Positions 32,991 to 41,195 of a stretch of 64,000 bases of DNA are shown piece by piece. Position numbers and translations under genes: made by a program. How positions within the stretch are numbered: position 1 is the stretch's first letter; every line of letters starts with the position of its first letter. The stretch spans positions 1,632,001-1,696,000 of the forward strand of contig CAVZVA010000010.1 of the NCBI GenBank assembly GCA_963778655.1, written 5' to 3'. The notes beneath the pieces are model-generated. The model saw nothing but the letters and a program-made list of their open reading frames with translations. It had not been told where the DNA came from and searched no databases. Source of the stretch: an uncultured delta proteobacterium (lineage in GTDB: Bacteria > Myxococcota_A > Polyangia > Polyangiales > JAFGIB01).

Positions 32991-33566
32991 TTACCAGAAT
33001 CCGGGTCCGGGCCGCAGCTGCCGCAGCTTCTTGCGCTGCTCCGCGCTGAGCAGCGTCTGGATCTTGAGCAGCGTGCGCACGCGCAGCTTGATCAGCTCAG
33101 TCTGGAGCTGGCCGATCTTGTCAGCTTGCTTGAGCGCGGCGTCCGCGTCGGGCTTGTCCGCTTCGAGCAGGCGGCCCAGATCGAGGCGCGCTTGCGCGAG
33201 CTCGGCACCGAGCGCGATCCCCTGCTTGGCCGCATCGTAGATGGCATCCTTGACCTTCTTGCGCGCGGCCTCGGACAGACCGAGCTGGTCGATCGCGCGC
33301 TCCAGCATGTGCAGGCCCATCCCGGGACGCCCGCCTTGACCTTCGTGCATGAAGGGGCAGGTGTCGGGGTCGCACGGCGCACCGTCCGCCATCGGCCCGC
33401 GCCGCCCTTGCCTCCCGGGTGCGAGGCCCGGACCCGGTCGTGCGCCGGCCGGGCCCGGTCTACCGGCCATGGGGCCACCGCCTGCAGCCGCTCGCCCTTG
33501 TGCCCACGCGGGCAACGCCATCGAGAGCACCAGACCGACCACGACCAGCCGCGAAACACATATCAT
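32991..33566 (-). CDS. Spy/CpxP/ZraP-like periplasmic protein
   Basis: Signal peptide AWA-Q, Gly/Met/Pro-rich region, LGLSEAARKKV...LLSAEQRKKL; GGAGG RBS. Confidence 0.8.
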   Translation of the reverse strand: MICVSRLVVVGLVLSMALPAWAQGRAAAGGGPMAGRPGPAGARPGPGLAPGRQGRRGPMADGAPCDPDTCPFMHEGQGGRPGMGLHMLERAIDQLGLSEAARKKVKDAIYDAAKQGIALGAELAQARLDLGRLLEADKPDADAALKQADKIGQLQTELIKLRVRTLLKIQTLLSAEQRKKLRQLRPGPGFW

Positions 33567-33924
33567 GTCGAGCCTCCTGCCAGGGATGTGCGAAGGCAGA
33601 GTACGCACCCTGGTCGGGGCAGCCATCGCCTTTTTGGCCGGGCGATTGAGCTTTCTGGGCGGGGATGGTACTCCTCCGGCCCGTGTTTGCCGGGCGGACG
33701 GCCCGAGCACGCCACCCCCTGGGTGGATGTATCGTCATGGCTCCAGAATCGCGCTGGAGCTCGCCTCGAGAAGAATGCGGCCAAGCACGAGGATACCCCG
33801 CGAGCTCGAAATGCGCTGATGTGTCCCGGGCGGGCCGCTCGCTGCCGGGACGAGTTCACGATCAACGACCAGACAGAGCGTGTTGGGGTGTAGTGCTCCG
33901 CCGCCGGGACAGCGAGAGGGTGAG

Positions 33925-35109
33925 ATGAAGCGTTTGACCGACTACGTAGTCTTCAACGACAAGAAGCTTGCGAAGAAGTACGCCAGCGCGCGCATCCCGA
34001 TGGCCACGCTGTACGAGGCGTACTTCGACGGCGCGATCGACATCCCCGGCGACATCTACGCGCTACTGCGTGACCGCAACCTGTTCGTGAAGTACTCGCT
34101 GACGCCCCAGCACATGAAGTGGGCGGTCACGAACTTCGTGCCCGAGGTCGCGATTCACTCCAAGGAGCAGGACGAGCGCATCGTGCGCGAGCACTACGAT
34201 CGCGGCGACGACTTCTTCGGTTGGTTCCTCGGCGAGCGCATGGTCTACACCTCCGGCTTCTTCACCAACCCGGCCGAGACACTGGAGCAGGCCCAGGACA
34301 ACAAGCTGAACCTGGTGTGCCAGAAGCTGCAGCTCGAGCCCGGCGAGCGCATGCTCGACATCGGCTGCGGCTGGGGCACGCTGGCGTGTCACGCCGCTCG
34401 CAACTACGGCGTCGACGCCACCGGCGTCACCATCGCGCAGAACCAGGCTGCGTTCGGCAACCGGCGCGCCAAGGAATGGGGCGTCGACTCGCGCGCGCGC
34501 ATCCTGTGCACCGACTACCGCGAGATTCCCGACGGCAAGTACGACAAGATCTCGAGCCTGGAGATGGTCGAGCACGTCGGCGTCAAGAACCTGCGCGCCT
34601 TCTACGAGCTGGTCGGCGATCTGCTGACCGACGACGGCCTGTTCCTGCTGCAGTGGACCGGCCTGCGCCGCGGCCTGCGCCCCGAGGATCTGATCTGGGG
34701 CTTGTTCATGAACAAGTACATCTTCCCCGGCGCCGACGCGAGCTTGTGCCCCGCGCCGATGCTGGCCGCGATGGAGAAGGCCGGCTGGGAGACGCATTCG
34801 GTCGAGAACATCACGATCCACTACAGCCTGACGATCAAGCGCTGGCACGATAACTGGCTCAGCAACCAGGACGCGGTGCGCGCGGCTTACGGCGAGCGCT
34901 GGTTCCGCATCTGGCATCTGTTTCTGGCCTGGTCGACCATCATCGGCGAGCAGGGCAACGCGGCCTGCTTCCAGGTGGTGCTCAACAAGAACCTCGACAG
35001 CTTCGATCGCACGCGCTGGATTGGCCGTCGCGGCGCGGTGATCGGCGACCGCATGAGCGTGATCCAGACCCCTGCGGCGCGCAGCGAGCGGGTCGAGGCC
35101 GCCGAATAG
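33925..35109 (+). CDS. Cyclopropane-fatty-acid-synthase family SAM methyltransferase (sphingolipid C9-methyltransferase-like)
   Basis: HYDRGDDFFGWFLGERMVYTSG, LEQAQDNKL, LDIGCGWG, SLEMVEHVG, FMNKYIFPG, HYSLTIKRW. Confidence 0.88.
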   Translation: MKRLTDYVVFNDKKLAKKYASARIPMATLYEAYFDGAIDIPGDIYALLRDRNLFVKYSLTPQHMKWAVTNFVPEVAIHSKEQDERIVREHYDRGDDFFGWFLGERMVYTSGFFTNPAETLEQAQDNKLNLVCQKLQLEPGERMLDIGCGWGTLACHAARNYGVDATGVTIAQNQAAFGNRRAKEWGVDSRARILCTDYREIPDGKYDKISSLEMVEHVGVKNLRAFYELVGDLLTDDGLFLLQWTGLRRGLRPEDLIWGLFMNKYIFPGADASLCPAPMLAAMEKAGWETHSVENITIHYSLTIKRWHDNWLSNQDAVRAAYGERWFRIWHLFLAWSTIIGEQGNAACFQVVLNKNLDSFDRTRWIGRRGAVIGDRMSVIQTPAARSERVEAAE

Positions 35110-35238
35110 CCGCGGCACACATCCGCCCACGTACGCGCGCAGCGGCGCTTTTTCCAGCGCCGTGAGCTGGTATGCTCTGCTTCGCGTGCGGCTTGCAGGC
35201 CGCAGCGTGCGCTGAGGATGAACCGAAGCAGGGAGAGC

Positions 35239-35322
35239 GGAGCGAAGCGTGCCCGCCGGAGGGTGGGGCCCCCCGGGGCCAGGCTTTGCCGACGGGGCGG
35301 GGGGGGGCGCGTGAGCCTCCCG
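35239..35322. repeat. Solo diverged copy of REP-like family B, inverted relative to the 43773-44220 array
   Basis: ggagcgaa..cccgc..gggtggggcccc..ggctttgccg..ggggcggg..ggggcgcgtg..cctcccg is colinear with the reverse complement of the array start. Confidence 0.7.
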
Positions 35323-35333
35323 GTCAGAGCGCC

Positions 35334-35963
35334 ATGAACCAAATCTTCATTCCGATCGAGCGGGTGCTGCTGGAGACCGTGTTCGAGCGCGACCAGCGCA
35401 CGGAGTACGCGTTGCTCGAGCCGCAGGGAGAGGTCTCGCCGCTGCGCATTCGCTTCGACGACCTGCGGCGCGAGCTGCGCGGTCGCTTCAGCGACGAGCT
35501 GGACGCCGAGACCATCGTGGACCGCATCGAGCGCATGGAGGACGAGCAGCTGTTGGTGACGGTTACGCTCGAGCACGGCGCCACCGAGCGGCGCTGGAGC
35601 GTCAGCATCCGCACGCGCTATCCCTACGAGCTGGCGCGCCACCCCGCGGTGCTGAGCGAGCTGCGCAGGAGCCCCCGCCGCAAACCCGAGCAGCCCAAGG
35701 ACGTGCGGCTCGAGCTCGGCAACCGTTCGCTCGAGGGCACCGTGTACAACGTCTCCGAGCACGGTCTCGGGATCGCGGTGCTGACCACGCAGCTCGAGCG
35801 GCTGGGGCCGTTCCGCGTGGACGAGGCGGTCGAGCTGGTCGGCAGCCATCAGCGCGTCACTGGGCGGATCCGCTCGCAGTACCCGGCCTCCGGCGGCTGC
35901 GTGCTGGGAATCGAGCTGCGCGAGCGCCTCAGCCCACCGGGCGTGCCCGACATTGAGGCTTGA
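35334..35963 (+). CDS. C-terminal PilZ-like domain protein
   Basis: ELRRSPRR (RxxxR) and YNVSEHGLGI (D/NxSxxG) motifs. Confidence 0.72.
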   Translation: MNQIFIPIERVLLETVFERDQRTEYALLEPQGEVSPLRIRFDDLRRELRGRFSDELDAETIVDRIERMEDEQLLVTVTLEHGATERRWSVSIRTRYPYELARHPAVLSELRRSPRRKPEQPKDVRLELGNRSLEGTVYNVSEHGLGIAVLTTQLERLGPFRVDEAVELVGSHQRVTGRIRSQYPASGGCVLGIELRERLSPPGVPDIEA

Positions 35964-35968
35964 GCGAT

Positions 35969-35997
35969 GAGGGGCGGCGCGCTGCTTGCCGCCCCTC
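35969..35997. terminator. GC-rich hairpin after the PilZ gene
   Basis: gaggggcggc / gccgcccctc 10-bp stem; no U-tract. Confidence 0.4.
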
Positions 35998-36113
35998 CCC
36001 ATCGGGCCAAGCTTGCCGGGGTCCCTCCCCACGCGTAGGGGCGCTGCGCGTAGCCCTGAGCGGGCGAGCAGTGGGGCCACCGGGGCGGGCTGGCGTTGCC
36101 GGCGCTATCCCCT

Positions 36114-36923
36114 ATGCTGCCCGCCGCAGTGACGCCCGAACGCATGCACCAGCTCGCGCGCATCGCCCTGGAGGTGGCCCAGGAGGCGGCCGTGCTGGTG
36201 TTGCGGGGCTACCGCACGGCCCCTGCGTCGGCCGAGAAGGCGCGCCACGACCTGGTCACCGAGTTCGATCTGCAGAGCGAGCGGCTGCTGCGGCAGCGCC
36301 TGGGCCAGCGCACGCCGGAGCTCGCGCTGGTCGGGGAAGAGCAGGGCGGCGAGGCCTCGGGGCCGACCTGGTATTGCGATCCGATCGACGGCACCACGAA
36401 CTTCGTCCACGGCCACCCCTTCTTCTGCGTGAGCGTCGGGCTGATGGAGCGCGGCGTGCCGCTGCTGGGCGCGGTGGTCGCGCCGGCGCTGGGCACCCGC
36501 TGGCACGGCTTCGTCGGCGGCGGCGCGTTCCGCGACGGTGTGCCCTGCCGTGTGAGCGCGACCGCCGCGCTGGACCAGGCGCTGCTGGCGACCGGGTTTC
36601 ACCCCAAGTCGCAGCGGCGCGCGCCGGACGACAACCTCGGCAGCTTCGGTGCGTTGCTGCCGGATGCGCAGGGCATAAGACGCTGCGGCTCGGCCGCGCT
36701 CGACCTGTGTATGGTCGCCGACGGCACCTACGACGCGTACTGGGAACGCGCGCTCAACGCGTGGGACGTGGCGGCCGGCGCGGCGCTGGTGCTCGCGGCC
36801 GGCGGCCGGCTCAGCGATCTGCGCGGTGGCCCGTCCGACCTCACAGTGGGACACATCGTGGCTAGCAACGGGCATGTGCACCAGGCTGTGCTCGACCACC
36901 TGCCCGAGGCCGAATCGGATTGA
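36114..36923 (+). CDS. Inositol monophosphatase family protein (SuhB-like)
   Basis: DLVTEFD, GEE, WYCDPIDGTTNF, RRCGSAALDLC, WDVAAG. Confidence 0.9.
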   Translation: MLPAAVTPERMHQLARIALEVAQEAAVLVLRGYRTAPASAEKARHDLVTEFDLQSERLLRQRLGQRTPELALVGEEQGGEASGPTWYCDPIDGTTNFVHGHPFFCVSVGLMERGVPLLGAVVAPALGTRWHGFVGGGAFRDGVPCRVSATAALDQALLATGFHPKSQRRAPDDNLGSFGALLPDAQGIRRCGSAALDLCMVADGTYDAYWERALNAWDVAAGAALVLAAGGRLSDLRGGPSDLTVGHIVASNGHVHQAVLDHLPEAESD

Positions 36924-36962
36924 AACGACGCTCCAGCGGGGGTAGACCGCGCCACCAACGAC

Positions 36963-37877
36963 ATGTCGATCGACGCGCAAAGGTTGACGCACCTCAGGCA
37001 GCTCGAAGCCGAGAGCATTCACATCATCCGCGAGGTCGCCGCCGAGTTCGAGAAGCCTGTGATGCTGTACTCGATCGGCAAGGACTCGTCGGTGTTGGTG
37101 CGGCTGGCGATCAAGGCCTTCCATCCGGCCAAGCTGCCGTTTCCGTTGATGCACATAGACACCACCTGGAAGTTCCACGACATGATCGTGTTCCGCGATC
37201 GGTTCTGCGCCGAGAACGGCCTCGATCTGATCGTGCACACCAACCAGGCCGGTGTGGCGCAGGGCATCAACCCCTTCGACCACGGCAGCAAGAAGTACAC
37301 CGACGTGATGAAGACCCAGGCGCTGGTGGAGGCGCTGCAGCTGCACGGCTTCGACGCCGCGTTCGGTGGCGCGCGCCGCGACGAGGAGAAGTCGCGCGCC
37401 AAAGAGCGGGTATATTCCTTCCGCGACAAGTTCCAGCAGTGGGATCCGAAGAACCAGCGCCCCGAGCTGTGGAACCTGTACAACGGCCGCCACAACCCCG
37501 GCGAGAGTATCCGCGTGTTTCCGCTCTCGAATTGGACCGAGCTCGACGTGTGGCAGTACGTGTATCTGGAGAAGATCCCGATCGTGCCGCTTTACCTCGC
37601 GCAGCGCCGCCCCGTGGTCGAGCGCGACGGCACGCTGATCATGGTCGACGACCATCGCATGCGCTTCCTCCCGGGCGAGAAGCCGCAGCTGCGCAGCGTG
37701 CGCTTCCGCACGCTCGGATGCTATCCGCTCAGCGGCGCGATCGAGTCGGAAGCCGACACCCTGCCCAAGGTGATCCAGGAGATGCTGCTGACCCGCTACT
37801 CCGAGCGCCAGGGCCGGCTGATCGACTTCGACGAGGACGCGTCGATGGAGCAGAAGAAGCGCGAGGGTTACTTCTGA
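36963..37877 (+). CDS. cysD: Sulfate adenylyltransferase subunit 2
   Basis: [55 protein letters not shown]. Confidence 0.97.
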   Translation: MSIDAQRLTHLRQLEAESIHIIREVAAEFEKPVMLYSIGKDSSVLVRLAIKAFHPAKLPFPLMHIDTTWKFHDMIVFRDRFCAENGLDLIVHTNQAGVAQGINPFDHGSKKYTDVMKTQALVEALQLHGFDAAFGGARRDEEKSRAKERVYSFRDKFQQWDPKNQRPELWNLYNGRHNPGESIRVFPLSNWTELDVWQYVYLEKIPIVPLYLAQRRPVVERDGTLIMVDDHRMRFLPGEKPQLRSVRFRTLGCYPLSGAIESEADTLPKVIQEMLLTRYSERQGRLIDFDEDASMEQKKREGYF

Positions 37878-39712
37878 TGGACGCCGATCAGGAGTTGATC
37901 CGGCGCGACATCGAGGCCTACCTCGCCGCCCACGAGCGCAAGGATCTGCTACGCCTGACCACGGTGGGCTCGGTCGACGACGGCAAGTCGACGCTGATCG
38001 GCCGGTTGCTGTACGACGCCAACGGCGTGTACGAGGACCAGCTCGAGGCTGTGCGGCGCGCCTCCAACATGGAAGGCGCCGAGATCGATCTCTCGCTGCT
38101 GACCGACGGGCTCAAGGCCGAGCGCGAGCAGGGCATCACGATCGACGTCGCTTACCGCTACTTCACCACCGCCACGCGCAAGTTCATCATCGCCGACACA
38201 CCGGGCCACATCCAATACACGCGCAACATGGTGACCGGCGCGTCCACCGCCGACGTGGCGGTGATCCTGGTCGACGCCCGGTTGGGCGTGCTCGAGCAGT
38301 CGCGGCGCCACGCCTACCTAGCCTCCCTGCTGGGCATCCGCCATCTGTGCGTGGCCGTCAACAAGATGGACCTCAAGGGCTACGAGCAGTCGGTGTACGC
38401 CGCGATCTGCGGCGACTTCGAGGCTTTCGCGCAGCGCCTCGGGTTCAAGGACGTCACCTACATTCCGATCAGCGCGCTTCAGGGCGACAACGTGGTCAGC
38501 GCCAGCGCGCGCACGCCCTGGTACCAGGGGCCGACCGTGCTCGGCTACCTCGAGACCGTGCCGATCGCGCAGGATCGCAACCTCACCGACTTTCGCTTCG
38601 CGGTGCAGTACGTGCTGCGGCCGAATCTGGACTATCGCGGATTCGCCGGCCAGATCGCCAGTGGCGTGGTGCGCAAGGGCGATCGCGTGATGGTGCTGCC
38701 CTCGGGCAAGGTCACCACGGTCAAGGGCATCGACACCTATCGGGGCGAGCTCGACCATGCGTTCGCGCCGATGAGCGTGACCCTGCGGCTCGCCGACGAG
38801 GTCGACGTCAGCCGCGGCGACATGCTGGTGCCGGAGCAGAACCGTCCGCGCGCGTCGCGCCGTCTGGAGGCAGATCTGGTGTGGATGCACGAGCGGCCGC
38901 TCGACACCCAGAAGACCTACCTGCTCAAGCACACCAGCCAGATGGTGCGCGCGCAGGTCGATCGCATCGAGAGTAAGCTCGACCTGCAGACCCTGGAGCA
39001 CCATCCCGAAACGGAGCTCGGGCTCAACGACATCGCGCGCGTGTCGCTCACCTGCCGCCGCGCGCTGTACTTCGATCCTTATCAGAGCAACCGCCAGACG
39101 GGCGCTTTTATCCTGGTCGACTCGCTCAGCAACGCCACCGTCGCCGCCGGCATGATCCGCACCGTCCAGGGCGGCCAGGACCTGGAGCAAGCGCTCAAGG
39201 AGATCCGCGCCGGCTCGGGTCTGTCGCCCAAGACCGAGGTCAGCCCGCGCGAGCGGCGCGAGCGCATGGGGCAGAGCGGCGCCACCGTGTGGCTGACGGG
39301 ACTGCCAGGCTCAGGACGCTGGGCGCTGGCGTACGCGCTGGAGCGACGGTTGTTCGACCTGGGACGCACCGCGCACGTGGCCGACCCGGTGGGCGAGAGC
39401 CTGACGTCGATGATCTCGGCGGCCCGCGCCTGCACCAACGCGGGCCTGATCACGATCTGCGCGTTCGAGGCCAAGCTGCGCGCAGAGCGCGAGCAGGCGC
39501 GCGCGCGCATCGGTGCCGAGCGTTTCCTCGAGGTCTTCGTCGACACCAGCCCGGCGCTGTGCAGGGAGCGCAGGCCGGACGCCGACCTCGAGGGCTTCGA
39601 GCCGCCGCAGCAGCCCGCGATCACGCTGCAGCTCGAGCGGATGCGCATCCACGACGCGGTCAGCCTCATTCTCGAGGCGCTCGAGCAGGCCGGACAGTTC
39701 GTCGAGGTTTGA
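37877..39712 (+). CDS. cysN: Sulfate adenylyltransferase subunit 1 (GTPase) fused to a degenerate APS-kinase domain
   Basis: GSVDDGKSTLIGRLL, EREQGITIDVAYRYF, DTPGH, NKMD; C-terminal TVWLTGLPGSGRW...FLEVFVDT. TGATG coupling to cysD. Confidence 0.95.
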   Translation: MDADQELIRRDIEAYLAAHERKDLLRLTTVGSVDDGKSTLIGRLLYDANGVYEDQLEAVRRASNMEGAEIDLSLLTDGLKAEREQGITIDVAYRYFTTATRKFIIADTPGHIQYTRNMVTGASTADVAVILVDARLGVLEQSRRHAYLASLLGIRHLCVAVNKMDLKGYEQSVYAAICGDFEAFAQRLGFKDVTYIPISALQGDNVVSASARTPWYQGPTVLGYLETVPIAQDRNLTDFRFAVQYVLRPNLDYRGFAGQIASGVVRKGDRVMVLPSGKVTTVKGIDTYRGELDHAFAPMSVTLRLADEVDVSRGDMLVPEQNRPRASRRLEADLVWMHERPLDTQKTYLLKHTSQMVRAQVDRIESKLDLQTLEHHPETELGLNDIARVSLTCRRALYFDPYQSNRQTGAFILVDSLSNATVAAGMIRTVQGGQDLEQALKEIRAGSGLSPKTEVSPRERRERMGQSGATVWLTGLPGSGRWALAYALERRLFDLGRTAHVADPVGESLTSMISAARACTNAGLITICAFEAKLRAEREQARARIGAERFLEVFVDTSPALCRERRPDADLEGFEPPQQPAITLQLERMRIHDAVSLILEALEQAGQFVEV

Positions 39713-39761
39713 GCGACCGGCGCGGGTGACGCGCGGGCGGCGCCTCCCGTATGATCGCGGC

Positions 39762-40280
39762 ATGCGCCATCGCAGCCACGGCAGCGGTTCGTTTCGGCCG
39801 GAGCAGCTGGCCGCCTGCGGGCAGGACTGCGTGTTCGAGGCCGGCGTGTTGATCTTCCACCCCGAGAACGTGTTTCTCGGCCGCAACGTGTACGTCGGTC
39901 ACCGCACCATTCTGAAGGGCTACTACAAGAACCAGATGCGCATCGGCGATGAGAGCTGGATCGGGCAGCAGTGCTTTTTCCACAGCGCCGGCGGGATCGA
40001 GATCGGCGCGCACGTCGGGATCGGCCCGGGCGTGACCATCCTGACCTCGACGCACCAGGAGCTGGGGCGCAAGGTCGCGCCACTGCTCTCGCCGGTGGAG
40101 GCGGCGCCGGTGGTGATCGAGGACGAGGTCAATGTCGGCGTCGGCGCCATCCTGATGCCCGGTGTACGCGTCGGCCGCGGCGCGATCGTCGCCGCGGGCG
40201 CGGTGGTGACCCACGACGTGCAGCCCTACGCGGTGGTGGTGGGCGCGCCCGCGCGCTTCGTGCGAGAGCGGCCGCAGTAG
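39762..40280 (+). CDS. Hexapeptide-repeat acyltransferase
   Basis: Left-handed beta-helix repeats; GAIVAAGAVVTHDVQPYAVVVGAPAR. Confidence 0.88.
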   Translation: MRHRSHGSGSFRPEQLAACGQDCVFEAGVLIFHPENVFLGRNVYVGHRTILKGYYKNQMRIGDESWIGQQCFFHSAGGIEIGAHVGIGPGVTILTSTHQELGRKVAPLLSPVEAAPVVIEDEVNVGVGAILMPGVRVGRGAIVAAGAVVTHDVQPYAVVVGAPARFVRERPQ

Positions 40281-40284
40281 GGCG

Positions 40285-41148
40285 TTAGTGCTCGGGCGCG
40301 CCCGCGTCGGGCGCCGTCTGGGACGTGCCCGCGCCGGGCTTGGCGCCCGGGGGCGCGCTTGCGGCCGTGGTGCCGTCAGGCGCGGCCGGCTGTGCACCTT
40401 CGCTTGCCGAGGCCTCCGCCTGCTGCTCGGCCAGCACGCGGGCGTGCAGCGCCGCAGCTTGCGAGTTCTGCTGCTGCAGCTGCGCGAGCTGCTGCTGGCA
40501 CAGATCGAGCCAGGCCGCGTACACCGGCTGCGACTGGGCGGCCGCGGCTACGGCGCAGCCGCGCAGCGCGCGTTCGGCGTTCTGCACCCAGCTGGCCGAG
40601 GTGGCGTTGACCTGGTCGAGATAGATGTCGAGCAGCTTCGAGTCCGCGCGCACCGAGGGCGGCGGCGGAACCGCGAGCAGCTGCTGGTGCGCGCGCAGGT
40701 AGAGCAGCCCGACCAGCGCCGCGGCCGGCACACGCTCGGCGGGCGCGGCGGCGTCGATCTGCGCGAGCGGCCGCAGCGCCGCCTGCACCGCGTCGCCGCG
40801 CGCCTGCAGCCACGGCGCGAGCGTGGCCCGCAGCCATGTGTCGTAGCCCGCCTGGTCGGCCTCGGGCGGCGCCGCCGGTCCGGCCGCGCGCAGCAACGGC
40901 CGCGCGAGCCGGTAGCCTTGCGCAAAGCCCTGCGAGCTCGCCGACAGCGGCCGCGGCAAGGGCGGCAGGCCGTCGCGCTCGCCGGGTGCCCGCGCCTGCA
41001 CCACCGTCGCCTCCTCCACCACGATCTCGCTGCGCGCCGGCGGCCCGGCCGGCCGCGGCGTGGCCGCGGCGCAGCCCGCGAGCAAGATTGGGGGCAGCAG
41101 CCAGCCCGCCGCTGGCGGGCGCCGCAGCGACCAGACAAGTCTCGGCAC
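40285..41148 (-). CDS. Hypothetical lipoprotein
   Basis: Lipobox LLAGC, helical domain with a Cys pair. Start uncertain. Confidence 0.65.
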   Translation of the reverse strand: MPRLVWSLRRPPAAGWLLPPILLAGCAAATPRPAGPPARSEIVVEEATVVQARAPGERDGLPPLPRPLSASSQGFAQGYRLARPLLRAAGPAAPPEADQAGYDTWLRATLAPWLQARGDAVQAALRPLAQIDAAAPAERVPAAALVGLLYLRAHQQLLAVPPPPSVRADSKLLDIYLDQVNATSASWVQNAERALRGCAVAAAAQSQPVYAAWLDLCQQQLAQLQQQNSQAAALHARVLAEQQAEASASEGAQPAAPDGTTAASAPPGAKPGAGTSQTAPDAGAPEH

Positions 41149-41195
41149 GCAGCCCACGCCCCGAGGATACGCGAGAATGCGCTTTCTCACCGCGC

